A stretch of 35,358 nt of DNA, taken from Octopus bimaculoides. Taxonomy: Eukaryota. The translations under genes were made by a program, and so were the position numbers. Shown piece by piece: positions 25,673 to 35,358 of the stretch (its first letter is position 1; each line of letters begins with the position of its first letter). The notes under the pieces were generated by a model. The model worked only from the letters and a program-made list of their open reading frames with translations. It did not search any database and had not been told where the DNA came from. Location of the stretch: NCBI RefSeq assembly GCF_001194135.2, contig NC_068986.1, positions 113,315,129 to 113,350,486 on the forward strand, in the 5' to 3' direction.

Positions 25673-27489
25673 GTGTGTACGTCTGTGAGCTTGTGTTTGT
25701 GTGTGTAGGTAACTATACGTTGCATCATTGCATTCACTCGACAATTCTTCACAAATAAGCATGATTTCTCTCAAATTCTACACCCCTCCCCCCACACACA
25801 CATACTCTTTTGAAAACTTTAATAAACTTTTTACGGCACTTAATGATAACAGGAAATAATGTGACGATTATTTGAGGCAATGTGATGTCATGGCCAGGGT
25901 CAGAGTGACCTTACATTTGATATGGAACACACTGCCATTTACTTATTAGAAGGAAGGTAAGTCTTGCAGATTTGGCAGTCGATGCGTTAATGGTAAGATT
26001 ACTTATTATGTTTCTATCAGTCTCCTCTATATTGAAGCATCATTTCAAACTCTTAGACAGGCTTCATGCATAGAAACACATCTGACACCTGTCGTATATG
26101 TTTCACACTTACGCTTTGGCCAGTTTCTCTCAAAAACTATCACCAATCTCAAAACGATTTCTTGTCTTAAATGTCACATGTAGCTAACCAAAGCATTGCT
26201 ACGAATCAATATGGTAAATCGTCATGTATGTATATATATTTTTTTCTCCGCTTTCTATTTTATGCAGTCTTAAAATTGCTTCAGTCATTTCTTTCCATTA
26301 AAATGCCGTCGGTTAAATTTTGTATCTCGTAATTTATCATACGTTTCAGTATATCAAAAATGATATACCTCAATTGTAGGGAAATTAAAATGTTTTGTCA
26401 TGTATATGTATGTCGAACAGCAATAGACTCGCAAACATACGCACATATCTACGTATAGACACGTATAAAAACGAAAAGTGAAGTAGAGAGAGACTTAATG
26501 AGGATTAGGTTTATCGGCATTTCTTGCCTTGGAACAGGGGCCAGTAGGTATCAGCTTTATGCTGCTTGTCTCACCGGTCCAAACCAGCTGCTGTTCGTTC
26601 ATTTCAGTTTTTCATGGAATACCGCCATTAGTCATTCTTAAGCAGCCCCTTCCGTGTTCCTTTTTCATGTGTACAGGTTTTCCAGGATTTCGACACAAAG
26701 TATATAAAAAATATATTGATGTTGATGTTGATTTTGTTTTAGTTCATGTCTTAAACACTCAAAATGAAAGGGTATGCTTTGGAAACCATTTCAGCCCCAT
26801 CTATTATCCTGGTTTCTTTCAAAAGACCATCGGAATGCATAGTGCGATGTCACATGCATTCTATTTTATTTATTGATCGTATTTTTATATATTTATTTTG
26901 TTGTGAAGGATACGATTTTGAAGACTTAAATGCCCTGGATGTAGCAGCGGTTGTATTGATATATACCAAATAAGGACATGTCTATAAACACACATGTAAC
27001 ACACAGTTTTAGTAAAAGTTAACTGAATTAAAAAATTAACGATGTACCTCATCTCGATGTAAGTTTAAAAGGTTTCAAACAACCACACAAGTGGCTCACG
27101 TTACTAGACTGGAATACAAAAACAGTATAACTAACAGAAATAGCGCACATCCACTCGTATCATGCGATAGTCGACACTATTCCTGACCCATCACAAACAT
27201 CGATCACATTAAGAAGTTGCAGTATTGCCATGAGCACACAAACTATTACGGTGAGTGTCTGCTTTGATCGTCTAACCTTTTCATAGATGTTCGGTTTGGT
27301 CTTGCGACATTTTACATTGGCAAAGACAAATACGAGGTGTTTGCTTATTTAGCTGCCTCACCACATCGACATTGTGACACCGGTTTCACATTTGTGCATG
27401 TGTGTATATATATATATGTATGTTAATTATACTATATAGCATATATACGCATATATGTGTGAGATATAGAACAAGATAGATATATTGAA

Positions 27490-27723
27490 GGCGGCGAGCT
27501 GGCAGAAACGTTAGGACGCCGGGCGAAATGCTTAGCGGTATTTCGTCTGCCGTTACGTTCTGAATTCAAATTCCGCCGAGGTCGACGTTGCCTTCCATCC
27601 TTTCGGGGTCGATAAATTTTAAGTACCAGTTACGCACTGGGGTCGATATAATTAACTTAATCCCTTTGTCTGTCCTTGTTTGTCCCCTCTATGTTTAGCC
27701 CCTTGTGGGCAATAAAGAAATAA
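27490..27723 (+). mobile_element. tRNA-derived SINE, family 2, near full length (octopus OR/OK-type by recall)
   Basis: A-box-like gagctggcagaa, B-box-like gaattcaaattcc, cttccatcctttcggggtcgataaa core, ends aataaagaaataa. Confidence 0.88.
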
Positions 27724-28212
27724 GGTAGACATATTGATATATTGAAAGAAACATACATACGTATATAAGTTATAATGCGTATGAATATACACACACATGC
27801 ATGTATGTTACATCAAAATATCTATGAGTGCGTACTTCCTTGGTTGTTTGTGTGTGTCCGTGTATATGTATGTATGTGACGTACGTGTATGTGTGCATGT
27901 CGCGTTTACGTAATGTTCTTGATGTTGTTATGGGTTTTTTTTGTTTTTGTGTGTGCGACAAAGTCTTGCTAGATTTGCTCTTCAAATCATAATTATAATA
28001 TTGTATGTCTACTTGTAAATATAACTAGTTGATCTCTATTTTTTTTTATCTCTACATATGGAATAATGATGCCACATCCTCCAAGTAGAATAAAACCATT
28101 TCTTAATGCTGGAATATCCACCGGTTAATTTATTTACAGGAGGAAAAGAATACAATCGAAGACAACCAAAACAGTGGCAAGAACAATAAGAATAAGAATA
28201 TGAAAAACAGCA

Positions 28213-28275
28213 ATAACAACAACAACAACAACCATAACAACAACAACGACGACAACGATAATAATAACAATAATG

Positions 28276-28336
<61 letters not shown>

Positions 28337-28359
28337 TAATAATAATAATGATAATAATA
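28213..28359. repeat. (AAC)n/(AAT)n microsatellite
   Basis: Directly visible. Confidence 0.95.
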
Positions 28360-29358
28360 GGTGATATTGAAAATACTCTCTATAGAAAGAGCGTAGAGAT
28401 ATATGTCGTATTTATATATTGGTATTGTGTTTACAATATTGTAAATAGCAAAATTACATAATCCCTCAATTGAATGATGAATTACTACATCCTGCAGACA
28501 TTTTTCCGAATAAAACTAAGTGGCCAACATAAGCTGGTTCCTTGGCAAACATCCAAGACGGATAATGAAAACTTGAAACTATTCCTAAGCGCTTGACATC
28601 TCGTGAAAGAGAAGAGAGAATTCAAAAATATTCAGCTCTACTTAATCTTCCTATGTGATTACGCTTGATGGATAGCTCCTCTGAATCACATTACAAAAAC
28701 TAAATAACAAAACAAGCAACCACCTTAAAATATTAAAAAATAATAATGCAACATTTTCCTCATACAAATATATATATACATGTTTTTCTATATATACATA
28801 TGTATAATTGCATTTATGTATGAATGTGAATGTACATATACATATAGTATAATATATGTGATTATATATTTGTATGTATATAGATCNNNNNNNNNNNNNN
28901 NNNNNNNNNNNNNNNNNNNNNNNNNNNNNNNNNNNNNNNNNNNNNNNNNNNNNNNNNNNNNNNNNNNNNNNNNNNNNNNNNNNNNNNNNNNNNNNNNNNN
29001 NNNNNNNNNNNNNNNNNNNNNNNNNNNNNNNNNNNNNNNNNNNNNNNNNNNNNNNNNNNNNNNNNNNNNNNNNNNNNNNNNNNNNNNNNNNNNNNNNNNN
29101 NNNNNNNNNNNNNNNNNNNNNNNNNNNNNNNNNNNNNNNNNNNNNNNNNNNNNNNNNNNNNNNNNNNNNNNNNNNNNNNNNNNNNNNNNNNNNNNNNNNN
29201 NNNNNNNNNNNNNNNNNNNNNNNNNNNNNNNNNNNNNNNNNNNNNNNNNNNNNNNNNNNNNNNNNNNNNNNNNNNNNNNNNNNNNNNNNNNNNNNNNNNN
29301 NNNNNNNNNNNNNNNNNNNNNNNNNNNNNNNNNNNNNNNNNNNNNNNNNNNNNNNNNN

Positions 29359-29403
<45 letters not shown>

Positions 29404-30608
29404 AATAATTGATGAAATTATATATGGGGGAAAATAGACAGAAATCTGTTACATGCCTGACAAAGAGTGCACAACTTCGACGGGAATCTGTACTTAAAAT
29501 AGCAGGAAGTGAGACACTTCACAAATGCAAACCGTTAAAAGGATAATATTTATAACTTCCATTATTAGCAGCGGAAAAGTAGTTCAGCGTGATAAATACA
29601 TTTTATGCATGCTTCTCAGTGGCTATATCCGATATAAAACGCCATTGCTGTGTAGAAGCTGATTTTCCATCCATCTATATTGGAACATATTTCAAATGCA
29701 AATAATTCTTTCTTCTCTTCTAAAAATATGCAGTGAAATGAGAGAATAATAATGATTATTTTTCCCATTAAAAGAAAAACAATGAAACTCTATTGCTCTC
29801 AGTATCTGAAAGCCAAAATAGTAATAATTGTGAATGGAAAAAAAACTACTACTACAAAAAAAAAAAAAAGAAGGAGAAACAGATATCATGAAAAATAAGT
29901 GAGTATTTCTGAAATACTCTCCTAAAAATATATTAAAAATATGTGGAGGAATGTTCGAAGTTTGATGAGTACCCACGTGGTTCTATGTGAAAATTCATGC
30001 GGGCCATACATTTGTCTCCTTAGTGACATGTTATCAAATGTCAGTAGTGAATTCACAATATGTTTGGGTCCGCCATAAATTGATTGTGGAGATAAAATTC
30101 TTCAACTCTCTGCCAACGCCAATGTTGTCGTGGCTTTCGTTCCTCTAAAGATCGACGAAAATCGCCAATGTTGGCTATCCTCATGGTGCCCGAGCAATTT
30201 TCCCCTTCGTTTGTAAATTCTCCTTCATGGTGGTGCCGCTGATGGCTGGCTTAGTCCAGCTTTACAGGGGAACAATTACTAACACAGGTCACATCTGATA
30301 GTAGCTGATATATAGAATCCGAAATAAGGGACAATTACTCGCTGGTGTAGCCATAACAATTCTTTTTTTAATCTGAAAGTAACAAATGAGAAAGAACAAC
30401 AAAATATATCATCTCCCTTGAAAATTCTCTCAAATCTTTAATTTGTATCTCATTTCACTTAGTGCAACATCTCCTGTAAATGTTTAAGCATGTGTTTGTA
30501 TGCGTGAGTGTGTGTGTGTATGTGTGTGTGTGTGTGCGTGTGTGTGTGTGTGTGTGCATGACTGTATTTATCTACCCCTCAAATTATTTCTTTATCTATC
30601 TATCTATA

Positions 30609-30640
<32 letters not shown>

Positions 30641-31334
30641 NNNNNNNNNNNNNNNNNNNNNNNNNNNNNNNNNNNNNNNNNNNNNNNNNNNNNNNNNNNN
30701 NNNNNNNNNNNNNNNNNNNNNNNNNNNNNNNNNNNNNNNNNNNNNNNNNNNTATATATATATATATATATATATATCATATAATATCATATTATATCGTA
30801 TTATATAATAGCAAACGTATATCCTCATAAGTAGATGGGGTGAGGATGTGAGCACTCTTCACAGGAAGATGCAAGTCAATCTCGATCGGCCTAAACAACA
30901 AGTACATAACTGCGACAAGTCCATGAAAAAATTAAAAAGTAATTATATGGAAGGCGTTCAGTCAGCAAAATACATTTTGGTGACAGGTGAGAGAGTGAAT
31001 CTGTGATAGATATAAACACATCCTACGTTGCTGACAGTAGGAACAGATAGAGAGAACGGGAATACACATGAATATATGCTCATTGTAATGCCAGGCAAAT
31101 ATACAGTATATACGCATCCGAATTAAACCGAATACGTGATTATGTGTGCGTGTATGTGCGTGTGTATGTGTGTCTGTGTGTGTTTGTGTGTCTGTGTCTC
31201 TGTGTGCGTGTGTGTGTGTGTGCGATTATTAATGCCAGTTTGACTTAGCTTCATATGAATTAAATTTTCATGTCTCTCATCTGATATCAAATATATTCTT
31301 GAAATTTGCAAAAAAAAAAGAAAGTAAAAAAAGG

Positions 31335-31440
31335 CCAAGACAGGTGTATAAACAAAAAGCTGGTGTATTTGTTTATCGCTGATATAGGTGAGAAAGTATT
31401 TTACGTTTCGAGCCTACGCCCTTCAGCAGAAAGAAATACG
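31335..31440 (-). mobile_element. Penelope-like terminal-repeat fragment with a degenerate minimal hammerhead motif
   Basis: Minus strand: cttt-CTGCTGA-A-GGGC-gtag-GCTC-GAAAC-GTA-aaatac. Confidence 0.5.
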
Positions 31441-32057
31441 ATGAAATAAACACAGAGAATATAAAGAAAAGAACTTTTTTTCAATGATCAAGTAACTGAT
31501 TAAATAAACTGAAAATGCAATCGGCAAAACAGATGGAAATCCTTTAAATCTATACATGCATGCGTATATGAGTCTGTCTTTCTCTCTCTCCCCCCTCTCT
31601 CTCCCCCCTCCCTCTCTCCCTCCCAATCTATCTCTCTGTCTCAGGCTTTGTATGTATATATATATACGTGTGCCGCGAGCGTGCATGTGTTTATATCTTT
31701 ACATGGAGCATTATAAATTCCACGTATGATAAAATTATATTCGCTTTCAAAACACTAATGTCACTTGTTGAATGTGTTATTGTCTTCCAGTCTGTTTGTG
31801 TCAGTTTTATCATACAACACCATATAGCTAGACAGCTTCCTTCATTCTATGCGCTAAATTTTCTCTTCCTATTTATCTCCGTATAGATACCTATATTAAA
31901 ATTCGAGTTTGTCTATTGATTGTTAGAACAATGAAAGTCTGCACCTGTCTTGGAAAATAATATAAAGTTTATTGTTTCCTAAGTGTGGTGCATATAGACA
32001 TTATTATGCAAAGTCACCATCACGGAGTATGTCTGCATATATAAATATATATATATC

Positions 32058-32070
32058 GAGAGAGAGAGAA

Positions 32071-32119
<49 letters not shown>

Positions 32120-32120
32120 A

Positions 32121-32152
<32 letters not shown>
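32058..32152. repeat. (AG)n microsatellite
   Basis: Directly visible. Confidence 0.95.
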
Positions 32153-32162
<10 letters not shown>

Positions 32163-32191
32163 ACGTATATATATATATATGTGTGTGTACG

Positions 32192-32222
<31 letters not shown>

Positions 32223-32298
32223 ACGTGAATGTGTGCGTGCGCGTGAGTGGATGTGTTTATATAAATGAAAGTGTATATATATATATATNNNNNNNNNN

Positions 32299-32340
<42 letters not shown>

Positions 32341-33382
32341 CCATACACATACACACCCTCACTCTTATACATACAAGCTATCTCGGAAATAACAATGGCA
32401 TACAGATAATTGCTATGGAAACACAAAATGACTAAAACCGTGATAGAATGAACTTTAAAACCAATTAATTTTACAAACATAGCAATAGAACTGAGAACAT
32501 TGTTTAAATGACCATTATACGATTTGTAACCAGAATAAGCTGATACTCAGTTCTATTCGATAGATCCGATGCTGTTATTTCAAGAGTTAAACATTTATAT
32601 TTCCAATAGTAATGGAGCAGCGACTCGCAAATCGCAGTCTGTAATTCCAAACCCAACTGAGCAAGTACAAGAATAGATTAGACATCTTTGGAAAAGCTCT
32701 GACGTTTCTGAAGGATGCACTTTAGAACAGGTTGGGAATAAAGTGAATTTTATTTTCCTAAGGTTATAATAGAGGAATATATACGANNNNNNNNNNNNNN
32801 NNNNNNNNNNNNNNNNNNNNNNNNNNNNNNNNNNNNNNNNNNNNNNNNNNNNNNNNNNNNNNNNNNNNNNNNNNNNNNNNNNNNNNNNNNNNNNNNNNNN
32901 NNNNNNNNNNNNNNNNNNNNNNNNNNNNNNNNNNNNNNNNNNNNNNNNNNNNNNNNNNNNNNNNNNNNNNNNNNNNNNNNNNNNNNNNNNNNNNNNNNNN
33001 NNNNNNNNNNNNNNNNNNGACTGATGCCTGAGGGTTGTATAAAGCGTCCCCTCGCGGCGAAATCCTGAACTAAAACAGGCTTGTCCCACAGAGGACATTT
33101 CCGGTTGCTATTGGGTAGTCCCCTCATACAAGAAGCAAGAAAAGGAGGAATGCTCGAAAAGGGAGATGTCAAAATGCGAGACCACTCGGAAGTGTCAGGT
33201 GATTGAGGGAGATGGGAATTGAAAACGAGACAAGAAGTCATTTTTTTCTATGCGTTTGTCGAAATACTGGAAAGTACATGAAGACTTAGACACACTGCAA
33301 CTAATGTGTATTCATAAAACACGTGATACTACACCGATAAATCACGTGTGTTATTTATGATTAGAACACACACCGTCTAAAG

Positions 33383-33488
33383 CAGTGTTTCTCAACGGGC
33401 CCCATATACCCCTTTGGGGCCCATATATGATTTTGTTGTTAACATTTATGAGCAATAAATTCATTATAAATTGACTTCTACAATTCAT
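33383..33488 (+). mobile_element. Solo end of a hAT (Charlie-like) element
   Basis: CAGTGTTTCTCAAC terminal motif at 33383-33396, preceded by gTCTAaAg (close to the NTCTAGAN target consensus); no partner TIR found. Confidence 0.5.
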
Positions 33489-33625
33489 GTAACTTAGTGG
33501 TTCGGCTAAATAAACGATAGAATAGGTACTCGGCTTACAAAGAATAAGTCCTGGGGTCGATTTTCTTGACTAAAGGCGGTGCTCCAGCATGACTGCAGTC
33601 ACATGACTGAAATACGTAAAGGATT
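33489..33625 (+). mobile_element. SINE-type repeat (ggggtcga core), family 4
   Basis: gtaacttagtggttcggc..aagtcctggggtcgat..gactaaaggcggtgctccagcatgactgcagtc; inverted partner at 35128-35315. Confidence 0.8.
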
Positions 33626-33689
33626 AAAGGAATAATACACAATATTTGTTTGAAACATTTTTAATAGAATTTCTGATAATTATTATACA

Positions 33690-33908
33690 AATATTAGAGG
33701 ATTTTTTCAGTTCTATATTTAAGAGATGAGGAATTATGCACATTATTTACATTATTTACATTTGACGAATATTTATTCTCATCTTGTTTGTTGTTAACAC
33801 AACCTTTCGACTGATATACCCTGCAGCCTTCAACAGGTGTTTTCGGGAAATTTCGAGCCTGGGTTCTTATTCCTAATGTATTTCTCAATATCATCATCAT
33901 CATCATCA
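33690..33908 (-). mobile_element. Hammerhead-bearing 3' module of a non-autonomous retroelement
   Basis: Minus strand: aacac-CTGTTGA-A-GGCTG-(10-nt loop)-CAGTC-GAAAG-GTT-gtgtt at 33841 to 33796. Confidence 0.6.
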
Positions 33909-33923
33909 TTATTATTATTATTA

Positions 33924-34437
33924 TTCAGTAGTTTAATTTTTATAACGTGCTTTCACTTCACTACCGAGCGCAGCTCTGTGCGCCTTGGGTATGTGCTGTG
34001 GTTTGCTGTGGTGCTCTTATGTTTACTGTATTGAAAGTGTTTTGCGTAGAATGTGTGCAGTACCCAGTAGTGCAATTTTCTGTATGTTATATATATTTGT
34101 AAGTCCTGCTATTTTTGTTATGTATTTGTCTGAATATTTTTTTTATTATACCTAAGGCACCTACTATGATAGGAATTGTTTCTGTTTTTAGATTCCACAT
34201 TCGAGTTANNNNNNNNNNCTTTCTCGTTTTCTGTGACCTTTTCTGGCGTGTGTTTATACCATCTTTTTTCTGTTGTTATTCCATAATGTTGGCATAGCTT
34301 CCAGTGTATATAGGTCCCAGCTCTGTCGTGTCTGTGAATATATTCCTTCTTAGCCAGGACTGGGCAGCCAGAGATAATATGATTTATTGTTTCTTGTCGA
34401 TCTCCACATATTCTACAGTTACTTGTTATATTTCTTT

Positions 34438-34440
<3 letters not shown>
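33924..34440 (-). mobile_element. 5'-truncated Dong/R4-clade non-LTR retrotransposon (zinc knuckle, RLE C-terminus and 3' UTR)
   Basis: CRICGDRQETINHIISGCPVLAKKEYIHRHDRAGTYIHWKLCQHY..TPEKVTENE, gap, RMWNLKTETIPIIVGALGIIKK/YSDKYITKIAGLTNIYNIQKIALLGTAHILRKTLSIQ* (stop at 34023-34025); ends ctgaa(taa)n and is flanked by TAA arrays on both sides. Confidence 0.92.
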
Positions 34441-34505
<65 letters not shown>

Positions 34506-34546
34506 GTTATTATTATTGTTGATGTTGTTGTTGTTTTTGTTGTTGT
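34441..34546. repeat. (TTA)n/(GTT)n microsatellite
   Basis: Directly visible. Confidence 0.96.
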
Positions 34547-34622
34547 TCAGGTCACTGCCTGGAATCGAACTCGGAACCTTAGGGTTAGTAGCCCGCGCTC
34601 TTAACCACTACGCCATATGTCC
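34547..34622 (-). mobile_element. tRNA-like SINE head (Pol III A and B boxes)
   Basis: Minus strand: TGGCGTAGTGG (A box), ggg-CTACTAA-ccc anticodon-like arm, GAGTTCGATTCC (B box), ends gacctgaa(caa)n; no proper acceptor stem, so not called a tRNA. Confidence 0.85.
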
Positions 34623-34746
34623 ACCACATACGTAAAAATGAACTGTTAAATGATGCAATTGTAGAGAAGCACGAGAAAGATTACGGAGATTATCTACATG
34701 AGATTATCTTCGAGTATTTAGCTTTATCTGACAAAAAGCAGAACAC

Positions 34747-34821
34747 GAAAAGCCTAACGCTGAAAAGCCCAACGCTGAAAAGCCCAACTCTGAAAAACCC
34801 AACGCTGAAAAGCCCAACGGG
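34747..34821. repeat. 15-bp tandem repeat GAAAAGCCCAACGCT x5
   Basis: Units start at 34747, 34762, 34777, 34792 and 34807 with 0-2 substitutions each. Confidence 0.93.
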
Positions 34822-35127
34822 GGCGAAATTATATGGTTTGCGTTAGTCGGAACGAGGTCATATGTTTTTCTTTTTTTTTTATAGAAAAGTCTAGTGGGTT
34901 TTGAGATGGGGGTGTTAGAATCCAGAAACCCAAACTGCTTTTGTCGACTTTTCGCAGACATGATACTCAACTAGACGTGCTGCATTACACGCGATTCAAA
35001 ATATCAATCGAACGCATTCATAAGTTTCTTCTCGATAATTCAAGATTGTCCAAGACAATGCTATGGAAAGTATTCAGCGATGACCCGTTCATGGATTTCT
35101 TTTATTCTTTTATTCCTTTATTTATCT

Positions 35128-35315
35128 TTTCAGTCACTTGACTGCAGCCATGCTGGTTCGCCGTTTTTAGTCGAACAAATCGACCCCATGACTTAATATT
35201 CGTTAGCCTAGTTCTTATTTTATCGGACTTATTTACCGAACCGCTATGTTACGGGAAAGTAAACACGCCAACATCTTTTGTCAAGCGATGGTGCGGGACA
35301 AACACAGGTACACAA
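35128..35315 (-). mobile_element. SINE-type repeat, family 4
   Basis: Reverse complement aligns collinearly with 33489-33612. Confidence 0.8.
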
Positions 35316-35358
35316 ATATATATATATAAATATATATAAACATATATATATATATATA

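Larger units (their letters stand above)
1027..34218. other. Assembly gaps (N runs) at about 1027-1467, 8905-9543, 11748-12113, 12878-13000, 14429-14726, 17585-18168, 19862-20355, 25162-25318, 28887-29359, 30641-30751, 32289-32298, 32787-33018, 34209-34218
   Basis: N runs, mostly bordered by (AT)n or (AC)n; every long X-containing ORF is an artefact of these gaps. Confidence 0.97.

Noticed and set aside
28140-28359. Asn-rich exon after an acceptor-like site
   Set aside because: The frame is open only because it runs through the (AAC/AAT)n microsatellite.
33019-33240. GC-rich block after the gap, possibly a structured RNA or exon
   Set aside because: Only short alternative stems, no ribozyme consensus matched, no recognisable peptide, and the left boundary is lost in the gap.
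34547-34622. Functional tRNA gene
   Set aside because: No coherent acceptor stem, an atypical ACT anticodon position, and a direct microsatellite tail indicate a SINE head.
34747-34821. CRISPR array
   Set aside because: Head-to-tail repeats without unique spacers, no cas genes, eukaryotic context.

Overview
AT-rich, microsatellite-dense eukaryotic non-coding DNA from a gapped draft assembly (13 N-gaps, most of them next to (AT)n/(AC)n runs). The tRNA-derived SINE types, the R4/Dong-like LINE and the simple-repeat load point to an octopus/coleoid genome (inference). I cannot support any intact protein-coding gene: almost every ORF in the supplied track is a translation of microsatellite, low-complexity sequence or gap. 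What can be supported is about ten SINE copies or fragments from several families, three LINE 3' remnants (two restriction-like-endonuclease type, one CR1-like), a TA-flanked foldback element present twice, a 160-bp palindromic element, a lone hAT-like end and several hairpins. There are also three degenerate minimal hammerhead-ribozyme motifs in different sequence contexts. The most interesting locus is 33690-34622 (minus strand). A Pol III tRNA-like head and a hammerhead-bearing tail lie co-oriented on either side of a Dong/R4 LINE fragment that sits inside a (TAA)n tract. This suggests a tRNA-headed, ribozyme-carrying retroposon that was split by a TAA-targeting LINE.
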